Shown: positions 44,110-56,168 of the stretch, piece after piece | Position numbering within the stretch: the first letter of the stretch is position 1 | Layout of the letters: each line of letters opens with the position of its first letter | Assembly: GCA_963725865.1 (NCBI GenBank) | Contig: CAVSAC010000010.1 | Location: forward strand, 992,001-1,056,000 | Direction: 5' to 3' | From: Candidatus Eiseniibacteriota bacterium | Lineage (GTDB): Bacteria; Eisenbacteria; RBG-16-71-46 | Length of the DNA: 64,000 bases | Notes under the pieces: generated by a model | The model's input: only the letters and a program-made list of their open reading frames with translations | Told to the model about the DNA's origin: nothing | Databases searched by the model: none | Translations under genes and position numbers: made by a program

Positions 44110-45118
44110 GGTCCGCCAGAATCTCCTCACGGATGTGGGCGTTGACCCGCTCCGTCACGAAACGGTGCATGGTGCGGATCGCACTACGGAACGCGCGCGG
44201 CCCGCTGCGCCCGTGACCGATGAAGCAGACGCCGTTCACGCCCAGCAGCGGGGCGGCGCCGTGCTCCTCCCAGTCGAGGCGTCGCTTCATGCGCTTCAAC
44301 GCCGGCGCCATCAACACCGCGCCCGCTTTGGCGAGCAGGTCCCTCCTGAGCTCCTCACGGACGTACTGGGTGAACAGGCTCACGACCCCCTCGGCGGTCT
44401 TCAGCATCACGTTGCCGGTGAAGCCGTCGGTCACGATGACGTCGCAGGTGCCCTTGAAGACATCGCGGCCCTCGACGTTGCCGATGAAGTTCAGATGGCG
44501 CGCTTCCTTGAGCAGCGGCAGGGTCTCAAGCACCAGGCTGTTGCCCTTGGTGTCCTCCTCCCCGATCGACAGCAGGCCGACGGTGGGATTGGAGCGCCCC
44601 AGCAGGTGGCGCGCGTAGACCGAACCCATGTGCGCGAACTGCACCAGGTAGCTGGACTTGCACTCGGAGTTCGCGCCGAGGTCGAGCACGATGCTGCCCC
44701 CCGAGGCGCTCGGCATGAACGCCGCGAGCGCCGGGCGCGACACCGACTCGAGGCGGCCGAGGCCGAGCAGTGCCGAGGCCACCACCGCTCCGGTGTTGCC
44801 CGCGCTGAACATGCCGTCGACGCCGCCCTCCTTGTGGAGCTGGGTCAGCACCGCGAGCGAAGACTGGCTCTTCTTGCGAACGGCGGTGGCGGCCTTGTCG
44901 GCCATGTCGATGCGCTCCGGCGCGTGCACCACGTCGATCGCGTAGCCCTCGACGTGCGCGTGCTTCAGCGCCACGCGCAGCTCGCCCTCGTGCCCGACGA
45001 GCGTGATCGCGAAGCTGCCGGGCATTTCGCGGAAGGCGAGCGCGACCCCCTCGACGATGGCGGCGACTCCCAGGTCGCCCCCCATCGCGTCAATCCCGAT
45101 GCGCGGGATCGAGGACAT
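44093..45118 (-). CDS. plsX: Phosphate acyltransferase
   Basis: DAMGGD, SAGNTGA, LDLGAN, DGFTGN..LK, HGRS. Confidence 0.96.
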   Translation of the reverse strand: MSSIPRIGIDAMGGDLGVAAIVEGVALAFREMPGSFAITLVGHEGELRVALKHAHVEGYAIDVVHAPERIDMADKAATAVRKKSQSSLAVLTQLHKEGGVDGMFSAGNTGAVVASALLGLGRLESVSRPALAAFMPSASGGSIVLDLGANSECKSSYLVQFAHMGSVYARHLLGRSNPTVGLLSIGEEDTKGNSLVLETLPLLKEARHLNFIGNVEGRDVFKGTCDVIVTDGFTGNVMLKTAEGVVSLFTQYVREELRRDLLAKAGAVLMAPALKRMKRRLDWEEHGAAPLLGVNGVCFIGHGRSGPRAFRSAIRTMHRFVTERVNAHIREEILADHDSAA

Positions 45119-45138
45119 GGATTCAGTCCTGGTCCGGA

Positions 45139-45321
45139 CTACTCTTCACGCGGGGCGACGATCTCTTCACCGTCGTAGAAGCCGCAGTTGGGGCAGATGT
45201 GGTGCGGCTGCTTGGGGCTGCTGCAGTGGCTGCAGTTCTGGATGCCGGGCTGCTTGAGCTTCCAGTGCGTGCGGCGCTTCTTGCCGCGCGTGCTGGAGTG
45301 CCTCCGCTTGGGAACCGCCAT
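45139..45321 (-). CDS. rpmF: 50S ribosomal protein L32
   Basis: MAVPKRR..., CxxC...CPNCG. Confidence 0.96.
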   Translation of the reverse strand: MAVPKRRHSSTRGKKRRTHWKLKQPGIQNCSHCSSPKQPHHICPNCGFYDGEEIVAPREE

Positions 45322-45369
45322 GGCGATCTCCTTCGTCTTCGGACCGGCGCGAGGGCCGAGAATCCGTGC

Positions 45370-45840
45370 CTATGCGCCGCATCCGCATGGCCCGGCGTTC
45401 AGGTCGGCACCGCAGCGCGGACACAGCCCGCGGCAGTCCTCCCGACAACGGGGGGTCATGGGGACCTCGAGCAGCAGCGCCTCGCGAGCTTCCTCGCCGA
45501 GGTCGAGCCGCCGCCCGTCGTGGAACTTCATGTAATGATCGCGCTCGAGAGCCTTTTCCTCGTCTCTCGAGCCCGTTCCCATCCGCTCGGCGTACACCTC
45601 GAGCGGCACCTGGATCGGCAGGTCGAACGCGCCCAGACAGCGGACGCATTCCAAGCGCGCCACGGCGCCCAGTCGGCCTCGGATCGAGACCCGGTCGCCG
45701 TTCTGCTCGACGTCGAACTGCCCGCGAACGGAGCCGGACCATTCCGATGCCGCGAGTCCCAGGGCAGCTGCCTCGGCCTCGACCTCAACCCGGCTCAGCC
45801 CCGCCGGCAGTGTGGCTAGATCGATGAGAAATGAGGACAT
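45370..45840 (-). CDS. DUF177/YceD family protein
   Basis: CVRCL, C..DC.GLC..CG.DLN; upstream of rpmF. Confidence 0.9.
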   Translation of the reverse strand: MSSFLIDLATLPAGLSRVEVEAEAAALGLAASEWSGSVRGQFDVEQNGDRVSIRGRLGAVARLECVRCLGAFDLPIQVPLEVYAERMGTGSRDEEKALERDHYMKFHDGRRLDLGEEAREALLLEVPMTPRCREDCRGLCPRCGADLNAGPCGCGA

Positions 45841-45978
45841 ACAAAGAAGCCCGCCGCAGCGGGACCCGGAACGGTGCGGGACGTTAGCATACGGGCAACG
45901 CCCCGTCCACCCGCGAGAGGGTCTCCGCCGGTTGGGACGCCGGACGGGGTGCGCCCCCCTTCCGACCTCCGCTGCGGG

Positions 45979-46401
45979 TCAGCGCGCCAGCGCGGCGACC
46001 CCGAAGAACAGCTTCACCTCGCGCTCGGCACTCGCCAGGCTGTCGGAGGCATGAACCGAATTGCGACCTTTGCTCTCGGCGTAGAGCTTGCGAATGGTGC
46101 CGTCGGCCGCCTGCGCCGGATCGGTGGCGCCGATGACTTCGCGCAGATACGCCACCCCGCCCTCACGCTCGAGGCACGTGAGCATGACCGGCCCGGAGGT
46201 CATGTACTCCACCAGGTCGAGGAAGAACGGCTTGCCGTTGTGCTCGGCGTAGAACTCCTGGCACTGCTCGCGGGTCAGCCGCGCGAAGCGTGCCTCGACG
46301 ATGCGGAAGCCCTTCGCCTCGACGTGCGCGAGGAGCCTTCCGATCAGATTGCGCTGAACGGCGTCGGGCTTGACGATGAACAGGGGGCGCTCCAGAGCCA
46401 T
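45979..46401 (-). CDS. ndk: Nucleoside diphosphate kinase
   Basis: KPDAV, FY.EH..KPFF, GTIR, NSVHASDS. Confidence 0.96.
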   Translation of the reverse strand: MALERPLFIVKPDAVQRNLIGRLLAHVEAKGFRIVEARFARLTREQCQEFYAEHNGKPFFLDLVEYMTSGPVMLTCLEREGGVAYLREVIGATDPAQAADGTIRKLYAESKGRNSVHASDSLASAEREVKLFFGVAALAR

Positions 46402-46463
46402 ACCTCTCCTTCGGTCACGGGGCGCGAACGCCCCGGGATGATCGTGTTCGGGTCGCGGAGCGG

Positions 46464-47516
46464 CTAGCGCCGCCCCCGCTTCTTTCCTGCCGGCTTGCCG
46501 CCCGCTCGCTTCGCGCGGGCCGGCGGACGCGCGGGCCGCTTCGCCGACTTCGCCTTGCGGGCCGCTGATTTCGCTGCCGGCTGGCGCGCGGCCGGCCTGG
46601 CCTTGCCCTTCGCGCGGGTCCGCCGGCGCTGCAGCGCCGCGCGGATCAACGACGGGATCTCCGACGGGATGCGCGCCACCGGCACGCCCGCCGCCTCGAA
46701 GGCCGCCATCTTCTCCGCCGCGGTTCCGGTGCCGCCGGAGATGATCGCGCCGGCGTGTCCCATGCGCTTGCCCGGGGGCGCGGTCTGGCCGGCGATGAAC
46801 GCGACCACCGGCTTGGTGACGTGGCGCCGGATGAAGTGCGCCGCCTCCTCCTCGTCGGTGCCGCCGATCTCGCCCATCAGGCAGATCGCCTCGGTGCGCG
46901 GGTCGGCCTCGAACGCCGTCAGCGCATCGATGAAATTGGTGCCGATGATCGGGTCGCCGCCGATGCCGAGGCAGGTCGACTGCCCGAGGTCGGCGAGCGT
47001 GAGCTGGTGGACGACCTCGTACGTGAGCGTCCCGCTGCGCGAGACCACGCCGATCGGCCCCGGCTTGGCGATGTGACCCGGCATGATGCCGACCCGCGCG
47101 ATGCCGGGCGCCAGCAGCCCGGGGCAGTTCGGGCCCACCAGTCGCGGCCGGCCGTTGCCGTGCTGCTCGCGCAGCGTCGCGACGTGGTGGAACGCCACCA
47201 TGGTGTCGCGCACCGGCACGCCCTCGGTGATGCAGACGATCAGCCCGATCCCCGCGTCGGCCGCTTCCATGATCGCGTCGGCCGCGAACGGGGCCGGCAC
47301 GTAGATCACCGAGGCGTTCGCCTTGGTCGCCGCGACCGCCGCGGCCACGCTGTCGAACACCGGCACGCCGTGCATCTGGGTGCCGCCCTTGCCCGGGGTC
47401 ACGCCCGCCACCACCTTGGTGCCGTAGGCGATCATCTGCTGGGTGTGGAACGCGCCGTCGCGGCCGGTGATGCCCTGCACGACCAGGCGCGTGCTCTTGT
47501 CGATCAGGATGCTCAC
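46464..47516 (-). CDS. sucD: Succinate--CoA ligase alpha subunit with a basic C-terminal tail
   Basis: [28 protein letters not shown]. Confidence 0.96.
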   Translation of the reverse strand: MSILIDKSTRLVVQGITGRDGAFHTQQMIAYGTKVVAGVTPGKGGTQMHGVPVFDSVAAAVAATKANASVIYVPAPFAADAIMEAADAGIGLIVCITEGVPVRDTMVAFHHVATLREQHGNGRPRLVGPNCPGLLAPGIARVGIMPGHIAKPGPIGVVSRSGTLTYEVVHQLTLADLGQSTCLGIGGDPIIGTNFIDALTAFEADPRTEAICLMGEIGGTDEEEAAHFIRRHVTKPVVAFIAGQTAPPGKRMGHAGAIISGGTGTAAEKMAAFEAAGVPVARIPSEIPSLIRAALQRRRTRAKGKARPAARQPAAKSAARKAKSAKRPARPPARAKRAGGKPAGKKRGRR

Positions 47517-48652
47517 GCCGTCACCTCCTGCGACTTCTCGATCACCATCCGGACGGCGTCGTCCATGCTGGTCGTGGCCCCGAGGCCGTGGTCGGAGAGG
47601 ATCTTCCGCGCCAGCTCCTCGTTGGTGCCGGTGAGCCGGATCACCAGCGGCATCGGGAGCGGCGACTCCTTCAGCGAGGCCACGATGCCGTTGGCCACGT
47701 CGTCGCACCGCGTGATGCCACCGAAGATGTTGAACAGGATCGCGCGCACGTGGGAGTCGCTGGTGATGATCTTGAGCGCCGCGGTCACCTTCTCGGGATT
47801 CGACGAGCCGCCGATGTCGAGGAAGTTCGCGGGCTCGCCGCCGTAGTGCTTGACCAGGTCCATGGTCGCCATCGCCAGCCCGGCGCCGTTCACGATGCAG
47901 CCGATGTCGCCCTCGAGCTTCACGTACGAGAGCCCCTTCTCGCGCGCCAGCCGCGCCCCCGCGGTCTCGTCGCCGCTGTCGCGCCAGGTCTCCCAGTCGC
48001 GATGCCGGAAGTCGGCGTTGTCGTCGAGGATCACCTTGGCGTCCAGCGCCATCACCTTGCCCGCGGGCGTCACGGCGAGCGGGTTGATCTCCGCCAGCGA
48101 ACAGTCGCCCTCGGTGTAGACGCGGTGGAGCTTGAGCAGGATGTCGGCGGCCTGCGCGACCAGCGAGCCGTCCTTCAGGAGCGGCTGGAACAGGGCGCGC
48201 GCCTCGTAGGACCGCAGCCCGCCGAGCGGGATGGCGCGCTTCACGATCTTCTCGGGCGCCGTCCGCGCGACCTCCTCGATGTCCACGCCGCCCTCGGCCG
48301 ACAGCATGATGAGGGGCAGCTTCTTCGCGCGATCCAGCACGATCGACAGGTAGAGCTCGCGCGCGATGTCGGCCGCCTGGGCGACCAGCACCTTGTGCAC
48401 CGGCAGGCCCTTGATCGTGAGCGCGAGGATGTCGCGCGCACGATCGAACGCCTCGTCGGGCGAAAGCGCGAGCTTGACGCCGCCCGCCTTGCCGCGGCCG
48501 CCGACCAGCACCTGGGCCTTGATCACGACCGTGCCACCGAGCGAGGCCGCGATATCCCGTGCCTCCTCGGGCGTGGCCGCGACCTGGCCCGGCAGCACCG
48601 GCAGGCCGAAGCGCGCGAATAGCTCCTTACCCTGGTATTCGTGAAGATTCAT
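47513..48652 (-). CDS. sucC: Succinate--CoA ligase beta subunit
   Basis: [38 protein letters not shown]. Confidence 0.97.
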   Translation of the reverse strand: MNLHEYQGKELFARFGLPVLPGQVAATPEEARDIAASLGGTVVIKAQVLVGGRGKAGGVKLALSPDEAFDRARDILALTIKGLPVHKVLVAQAADIARELYLSIVLDRAKKLPLIMLSAEGGVDIEEVARTAPEKIVKRAIPLGGLRSYEARALFQPLLKDGSLVAQAADILLKLHRVYTEGDCSLAEINPLAVTPAGKVMALDAKVILDDNADFRHRDWETWRDSGDETAGARLAREKGLSYVKLEGDIGCIVNGAGLAMATMDLVKHYGGEPANFLDIGGSSNPEKVTAALKIITSDSHVRAILFNIFGGITRCDDVANGIVASLKESPLPMPLVIRLTGTNEELARKILSDHGLGATTSMDDAVRMVIEKSQEVTA

Positions 48653-48816
48653 GACCTCTCCCGTGGGACGAGGCCCCGGCCGCCGTGGCGGCCGGGCCTG
48701 GACTCGTGGGTCTGGGATCGAGGAACGGACGAAGTACCCTAAGGGAGGCGCTCGGTCGAATCAAGCGGCCGGCCGTCCCCGGGCGCCTGACTCAGGCGTC
48801 GAGGCGCTGTCAGCGC

Positions 48817-50298
48817 CTAGCTGTTGTCGATCTGGGCCCGCTGCAGCTTGCCGCTGAAGTCCACATAGATGCTCTTCCACTCGGTGAACGGGTCGAGCAT
48901 CGTGTGGCCGGCCTCGCGGTGGCCGTTGCCGGTGCCGCGGTTGCCGCCGAACGGCAGATGGGTCTCGGCGCCGGTGGTGCCGTGGTTCACGTACACGATG
49001 CCGGTGTCGAGGTCGCGCATGGCGGCGAACGCGCGGTTCACGTCGCGCGTGAAGATCGACGAAGACAGCCCGTAGGACGACGCGTTGTTCACCGCGACCG
49101 CGTGCGCCATGTCCTTCACCCTCACGACCGACAGCACCGGGCCGAAGATCTCCTCGACCGCGATGCGGGCGTCCTCCTTCACGTCCGCGAACACGGTGGG
49201 CTGGTGGAAATGGCCCTTCGCGAGCGCGCCCTGGGTGAGCGCCGAGCCGCCGGTCGCCAGCCGGCCCTCGTTGCGACCGATGGCGACGTAGCGCAGTACC
49301 GTCTCGAGCTGGCCCTTGTTGATGCAGGGCCCCATCTGAACCGACGGATCGAGGCCGTCGCCCACCTTCCAGGCGGCCGCCATCTTGGCGACGCGGTCCA
49401 CCAGCTCGTCGTGCACCTTCTCGTGGGCGAGCACGCGGCTGCACGCGGTGCAGCGCTGGCCCGTGGTGCCGAACGCGCTCCACACGATGGCCTCGGCCGC
49501 CAGCTGCAGGTCGGCGTCGTCCATCACGAGGATCGCGTTCTTACCGCCCATCTCGAGCGAGATGCGCTTGCCGAGTGCCCCGCCCTTGCCGCCGATCGCG
49601 TTGCCCACCTCGGTCGAGCCGGTGAACGAGATCACCGCGATGCCGGGGTGGCCGACCATCGGGTCACCCACGTTGCGGCCCGAGCCGAACACGATGTTGA
49701 GCACGCCCGGCGGGAGCCCGGCCTCCTCGAAGATCTTCACGAAGTGCCACGCCGACTCGGGCGTGTCGCCCGCCGGCTTGAACACGCACGTGTTCCCCGC
49801 AACCAGCGCGGGCATCATCTTCCAGGAGGGGATCGCGAACGGGAAGTTCCACGGCGTGATGAATCCGCAGACGCCGATCGGTGAGCGCACGCTCATCGCC
49901 CACTTGTTCGGCATCTCGCTCGGGGTGGTGACGCCGAACAGGCGCCGCCCCTCGCCGGCGGCGAGGTACGCCATGTCGATGCCTTCCTGCACGTCGCCGC
50001 GAGTCTCGATGAGGATCTTGCCCATCTCGCGCGTCATCGCGCGGGCCAGGTCCTCCTTGCGGGCGCGGATGATCTCGCCGGCGCGGAACACGATCTCGGC
50101 GCGCTTCGGCGCCGGCACCAGCCGCCACGTCGTGTAGGCCTTGGCGGCCGCGGCGACCGCGTCGTCGACGTCGCCCGACTCGGAGGCCGGGAATTCGCCC
50201 AGCGACTCGCCGTTCGCGGGATTGAGATTGAGGAAGTTCTTGCCGCTGCGGGCCGGGACCCAGCGCCCACCGATGTAGTTCAGGAACTTCTCGGACAT
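48817..50298 (-). CDS. Aldehyde dehydrogenase family protein
   Basis: ITPWNFP, FTGS, LEMGGKN, GQRCT, EEIFGP, PFGG. Confidence 0.95.
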   Translation of the reverse strand: MSEKFLNYIGGRWVPARSGKNFLNLNPANGESLGEFPASESGDVDDAVAAAAKAYTTWRLVPAPKRAEIVFRAGEIIRARKEDLARAMTREMGKILIETRGDVQEGIDMAYLAAGEGRRLFGVTTPSEMPNKWAMSVRSPIGVCGFITPWNFPFAIPSWKMMPALVAGNTCVFKPAGDTPESAWHFVKIFEEAGLPPGVLNIVFGSGRNVGDPMVGHPGIAVISFTGSTEVGNAIGGKGGALGKRISLEMGGKNAILVMDDADLQLAAEAIVWSAFGTTGQRCTACSRVLAHEKVHDELVDRVAKMAAAWKVGDGLDPSVQMGPCINKGQLETVLRYVAIGRNEGRLATGGSALTQGALAKGHFHQPTVFADVKEDARIAVEEIFGPVLSVVRVKDMAHAVAVNNASSYGLSSSIFTRDVNRAFAAMRDLDTGIVYVNHGTTGAETHLPFGGNRGTGNGHREAGHTMLDPFTEWKSIYVDFSGKLQRAQIDNS

Positions 50299-50472
50299 GA
50301 CGGTTCTCCGTGCCGGGCGCAGGTCGTTCCGCCGCGGCACCGTGTGGGGGGCGCGGGAGCGGAACGTGATGGATCGCCCGGGAAAATGGACGAGCCAAGG
50401 TAAAGGGGCCGGACGGAGGAAGGCAAGCGGGGGCGATTGGGCGCGGCCTCCCGCCAGGCCGCGACGGCCCGA

Positions 50473-50994
50473 TCATTCGTCGCGTGCCACCTTCACCCGC
50501 TTCCAGGTGACGTGCCCGTCCTTTACGGCGTACTCGAGCAGCGCGAAGCCCCCGACGTGGCCGTCCTCAAAGCGCGCGAACACCCAGCGGTCGTTCAAGA
50601 CGTGGACGTCCGCGTCCGAGTAGAAGCCCATCGTCCCGCCGAGCACGCCCTCATACGGGATCAGCTCGCGGTGCTTCGCGAGGTCGGCCTTGAGATCCGC
50701 GATCGGATTCGCGAGCCCCCGCTCCTTGAGCGCGTCGATCTCGAACGGCCCGATGGCGTCGACCGGCCGGTCCGCGCTCTGCGCCAGCGCCAGCTGGCGG
50801 CGCAGGGAGTCCACCTCCCGCGACAGCGAGTCGACCGGCGCACTGGCGATGCTCGGCACCCGCGATGCCACCCGCTGCGCCACCGTCAGCACCACCACCG
50901 CGGCGGCCAGCGCCGCGAGCGAGGCCACGAACAGCATCGTCACCATCGGGGTCAGCGAGAACCCCGGCTCGTTCCGTCCCGCCTGCGCGCTCAT
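50473..50994 (-). CDS. Hypothetical membrane-anchored protein
   Basis: N-terminal TM helix, short coiled coil, C-terminal LGGTMGF..VLNDRWVFARFEDGH. ATGA overlap with the true stop of the upstream gene. Confidence 0.6.
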   Translation of the reverse strand: MSAQAGRNEPGFSLTPMVTMLFVASLAALAAAVVVLTVAQRVASRVPSIASAPVDSLSREVDSLRRQLALAQSADRPVDAIGPFEIDALKERGLANPIADLKADLAKHRELIPYEGVLGGTMGFYSDADVHVLNDRWVFARFEDGHVGGFALLEYAVKDGHVTWKRVKVARDE

Positions 50995-52671
50995 CGGACC
51001 ACCGCGAGCCGCGCCACGCGCTCGCCTGCGGCCGCCCGCAGCCGCACCAGGTACACGCCCGGCGCGTCGCGGCGCGCGCAGCTCGAATGTCTCATCGTGC
51101 CAGCCTGCCGCCACCACGCCGAGCGCGCGCCGCTCGACCACGCGTCCCGCGATGTCGAGCAGCTCGAGCGTCGCGCTCTGCGGCCACCCGAGCGCGAACC
51201 GCACCTCGACGCGCGTGCGCGCCGGGTTCGGGCGTACGTCGAGACCGCTCACGATCCGCCCGCGATCTGTCGGCACGCCGAGCCGCGGCTCCTGGCTCGG
51301 CTTGAACACCTGCACGCACGTATGGAACACAGTCGTCCCTCCCAGATCGAGCAGCGAGAACTTCAGGGTGTCGACCCATGTCCCCGTGAACGGTACCGGA
51401 ACGGGCACGGTGACGGGCACCACCGAATTCGCCGGCACGCTGACCTGCCCGGTGAGCGGCAGCCCTGGCCACCCATTCGTGTCGGTGAGGCGCCACGAAT
51501 ACACGTAGGCGTACGGGTGGGGATTGCCGGCCGCGTAGGTCTGCGACTGGATCGGATCGAGCGTGCCGTTCGCCGGGCGTGGGCACTCGACGATGGGCGC
51601 CTCCGCGGGATCGAACCGCAGTGCCCAGACCCCGACGGTGGAATGGTAGTCGCCGAACCAATTCGGAATGCTCCCGCTCACCACCCAGACTCGTGAGCGT
51701 CCCGGATCGTCGATCAGGAACGGGTGACTCCGATTGGGAGGCGGCGGACCGGCATCGACTCCGGGAAGACTCCACCACGGCGCGGGATCGAATCGAAGCC
51801 ACTCGATCGGGCGGAGCGCCTCATACCCCACGATTCGCCAGGAGATCAGCAGATCGAGTCCGGGATCGAAGACCCCCGCGAGCCTCCAGGGAATCAGCGG
51901 ATTCAGCGGGCGGATCGAGTCGACCGCTCCGGTGGCCGGATCCACGACGTCGAGTGTCCCCCAGGCGCGCGGGAGCTTCTGCTGGAGCAGGCGGTCGCGC
52001 GTCGAGTCATAGATCAGCTCGAACCCATATCGCCAGTCCGGGGCGGCATCCGGCACCAACTCGCTCCAGGTGCGCGGCTCCACGAGTTGGAGCGACCACA
52101 GATCCTGACGGACGATGAAGCCGTCCTCGGCGGTGTAGTAGTCACCACCCGAGATGAGCAAGTGGTTTCGTCGAGTGTCGAATGCGACGCCCGAGTAGAG
52201 GCGCAGCGGCGGAAACTCGCCCTCGACCGGGATGAGTTCCCAGTGCATCGGCTCGGCGAGTGAGAGGGCGACCACGGCACTCGGGTAGACCGCGCCTTCG
52301 AAGTCGACCGGCCCACTCCCTGCGTAGAAGAGCACCCGATCGCGAGAGGTGTCCGATATCGCTGCGCTCCACATGAACGGGGCCGGGTCCACGCCGGCGA
52401 GGCTCCAGCGCGAACCCGGGACCAGGTCAAGCGTCCACACTCGAATCGGCGTTCCCGCCCGGCTCATGTCCCGCCTGAGGGCGACGAGACGGTCGTGACG
52501 TGAATCGAGGAATGCCGCGAGAGTCCACTCGCCGGCCACCTCGCTGTCCGGCACCCAGCATTCCCAGTGAGGCAGCACTGGCGGCGACGCGATCGCGCGC
52601 GGCGGCGCGGCGGCGAGGACGAGCGCGAACACGCTCGCGGCGAGCAGCGCGTGCGGCGGACGCAGGCTCAT
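50991..52671 (-). CDS. Secreted kelch-like protein with a T9SS type A/FlgD-like C-terminal sorting domain (frameshift ~51065)
   Basis: Signal peptide and kelch-like repeats. PNPARTRVEVRFAL..LELLDIAGRVV, then in the shifted frame APGVYLVRL..RLAVVR*. Confidence 0.7.
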
Positions 52672-52795
52672 GGATCGCTCGACGGGGTCGAAGTGTGCGG
52701 CGCGACGCCTCGGGGGTCTGGAGGTGGCCGCTCCCGGGCGGCGATCCCGTCACCTTTCCGCACGCATGATACGCCCGCGCCGCCTCGCCAGCCCG

Positions 52796-55700
52796 CTACT
52801 TCCGCTCGAGCGTGTCCCCGTCGTAGACCACGCCGTTCGCCACCGTCCAGCGCACCGAGTTGGTGTTGTGGATGTCGATCAGCGGATCGCGGTCGAGCAC
52901 GATGAAGTCGGCGAGCTTGCCGGCTTCGACCGAGCCGATCGCACGGTCCATGCCGAGGTACCACGCGCCGTTCCAAGTCGCGCACTTGATCACCTCGGCT
53001 GGGGTCATGCCGCCCTGTGCGAGGGCCCACATCTCCCAGTGCGCGCCGAGCCCCTGGCGCTGGCCGTGCGCGCCGAGCTGCACGTGGCCGCCGGCCTCCA
53101 GGATCTGCTTGGCGCCGGCCGCCACCGCCTGGTGGTGCCAGTCCCAGTCGGGCGCCATCACGAAGCGGCGGATGGCGCGCGCGTCGATCACCTTGCGCGG
53201 GGTGAAGCGCAGGAGCTTGGGATCGTCGAACACGTCGTAGTGCTGGTAGAACCAGTTCTCGCCCGACAGCCCGCCGTACGCCACCAGCAGCGTGGGCGTG
53301 TAGCCGCTCTGGCTGCTCGCGAACAGCTTCACCACGTCGCCGTAGATGGGCGTGATGGGCAGCGCGTGCTCCACGCCGGTGTGGCCGTCCATCACCATGC
53401 CGAGGTTCTCCTCGAACTTGCCGCCGCCCTCGGGCACCACCAGCAGCGACTCCTCGCGCGCGGCCTGCAGGATCCACTGGCGCTGCTCGCGGCGCGGCTG
53501 CATGTAGCTCTTCACGCTGATCGCGCCGAGGCGCTTCATGCGCTCAAGCTGCCGCCGCGCGTCGTCGAGCGACTGCAGCGGGAGCGCCTCGCGGCCGCCG
53601 GCGCCGTAGAGGATGTTGCCGGTCGAGAACACGCGCGGGCCGCGCAGCACGCCGGCCTGCACCATCTCGGCCTCGGTGAACACCTCCCACGAGGTCGCCG
53701 ACGGGTCGTGCATGGTGGTGACGCCGTACGCGAGGTTGGCGTCGTACGACCAGAAGTGATCGGGCACCACGCCGGCGCTGGCGTAGTGCGCGTGCGCGTG
53801 CACGTCGACGATGCCGGGCATGATGGTCTTGCCGCGCGCGTCGAACACCCGCGCGCCCGCCGGCACCGCGGTCGATCCGCGCGGACCGACCGCCGCGGAT
53901 GTGATCGTCGGTCACCACCACCGTGGCGTCGTCGAGCACCTCGCGCTCGTTCCCGCCGCGCAGCGTGATCACCCGCGCGCCGGTGAACGCCACCGTGCCG
54001 TGCGGTCGCGCGCGCGGCACCGCGAGCCGGATCCAGAGCGAGTCCGCGCGCGGCGGCTGGACTTCGGCGAGCTTCGCGGCGTCCGCCTTGCCGGCGCCGC
54101 TCGAGTCGGCCTTGGCGCTGTCGGCTTTCGCGGCCTTCGCGTCCGGCTTCGGCTTCGGCTTGCCGGCCTCGAGCAGCGCGCGCTCCCAGAACGCGGTCAG
54201 GCTGTCGAGCGAAAGGCTGCGAAATTCGGGCCCCGAGCTCCAGGTGATGGTGCGTCCCTTGCCGCCCCAGCTCAGCCAGTCGCCGCTGTCCTCCGCCAGC
54301 TTGCGCGCGGGCAGCGCGCCATCGGGGCCGAGGTCCACCGGCTCGCGCCCGGCCGCGGGCAGCTCGGAGACGTAGGCGGCATACTTCACGCGGTAGGCCA
54401 CCCAGCGCTCGTCGGGCGAAACCACCAGACCCTCGGCGTTGGTCAGGTGCGCGTGCTCGATGCGGTCGGTGCCGTCGAGTCGCACCGACACCAGCGAATT
54501 CGTCTGCGAGCTGCCGGTCGGGTCGTCGCCGTAGTCGACGAAATAGAGCCGGTCTCCGGCGGCACTCCAGCTCGGCCGCGGCACGCTGGGCGCATCGCCC
54601 TGCGTATCGAGGGTCAGCACCGTCCTCGCGTCGCCACCGGCGGCGGGCAGCCATTGCAGCTCGTACCAGATCTCGTCGCTGGTGTCGCCGCCCGAACGCA
54701 GCGGGCCGCCGCTGCCGCGCAGGAACGCGAGCCGGGTGCCGTCGTGGCTCCAGGCCGGCGCGAGGTACTGCGATGCCACGCGCGTCACCCGCACCGGCGT
54801 GCCGCCGGCGGCGGGCAGCTTCATCACGTGTCCGCCGACGGAGTCCTGCCAGGTGACGTATGCGAGCCACTTGCCGTCGGGCGACCACGCGGGCGCGAAC
54901 GCGCGCTGGCCGGCCGGGGTGAGCGCCCGCGCGGTGCCGGCCGCGATGTCGTAGCGCCACACCTGGCCCAGCGCCGAGAACGCGACGGTGCGGCCGTCCG
55001 GCGACAGCGACGGCCAGGCGATCTGGCGCACCGTGACCTGCTCGGGGTCGAGCGTCTGCGGGAAGCGGAGCGCGTGGGTCACGAGCTGCTCGACCGGCGC
55101 GGTGAACGCGATGCGGGTGGCGGCGCCGGAGCCGGCGTCGACCCGCCAGAAGCCGCCGCTGGCGTACACGACGATGCCCTTGCCGTCCGGCGTCCACGCG
55201 TAGTTGGGGTACACGCCGGTCCAGGCGAAGCCCTCCATGTTGTCGTTCGAGAGTCCGTTCCAGAGTGCGCGCTCGCGACCGCTCTCGAGGTCGTAGAGGA
55301 ACAGCACGGTCTTCTCGCGCACCCGCCGCACGAACGACATCGTGCGTCCGTCGGGCGAGAACGCCGCGTGGCCGCTGCCGCCGGTGCCGTCGGTGACGGT
55401 CACGATGCGGCCGGTCACGCGGTCGAAGCGGCGGATCTGCCAGATCCCCTGGAACACGTTGCGGTCGTACTGGAACCGCTGCGGCCGCCCCGAGAAGTAG
55501 ATGTAGCGACCGTCGCGCGAGAACACCGGCTCGTTGGCGTCGCCCCACTCGAGCTTCTTGGTGATCTGCATGCCGCCGCCGCCCAGCACGCTGTAGAGCC
55601 ACAGCTCGACGGTGCCGAGCGAGCTGCGGTCGGTGAGCCGCCGGCGCACCACGATCCACTGGCCGTCCGGCGACCACGCCGCCGAGTTCGAGAAGCGGTT

Positions 55701-56168
55701 CGCCTCCTGCGTCACCGGGCGCGGGTGGCTGCCGTCGGCGTCCATCATCCACACGTTCTCGGTGCCGCTGCGGTCGCTGGTGAACGCGATGTGCTTGCCG
55801 TCGGGCGCATAGCGCGGCTGCATGTCCCACGCCATGCCGCTCGTGAGCCGGCGCGCGGCGCCACCCGCGACCGGCATGGTGTACAGGTCGCCGAGCAGGC
55901 CGAACACGATCGTGCGTCCATCGGGCGACACGTCGAGCGCCATCCAGGTGCCCTCGGAGGTCGTGAAGCGCAGTGTATCGGCGGGCGCGTGCGCCACGTT
56001 CACGTCCCACGGGTCGCTCGACTTCGGCAGGTCGGGCGCGGTCGGGCCCTTGGGCGTGGCCTCCGGGGACTCGTGCTCGCCCGGATGCGCGAGCGCCGCG
56101 GCGGGCAGCGCGAGCGGGATCAGGAGCGCGAGGGCCAGCGGGCGGCAGGCGGCGAACGGTCGCGACAT
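52796..56168 (-). CDS. Secreted PD40/TolB beta-propeller + amidohydrolase protein (frameshift ~53890)
   Basis: SPDG/WSPDG repeats; C-terminal PGIVDVHAH, GAHG, GSVEAGKLAD. The two ORFs join via I.AVGPRG..VPAGARVFD. Confidence 0.85.

Noticed and set aside
53866..53910. Amidohydrolase encoded as two separate genes
   Set aside because: The break falls inside the amidohydrolase N-terminal beta segment and the frames join cleanly; likely an indel artefact.
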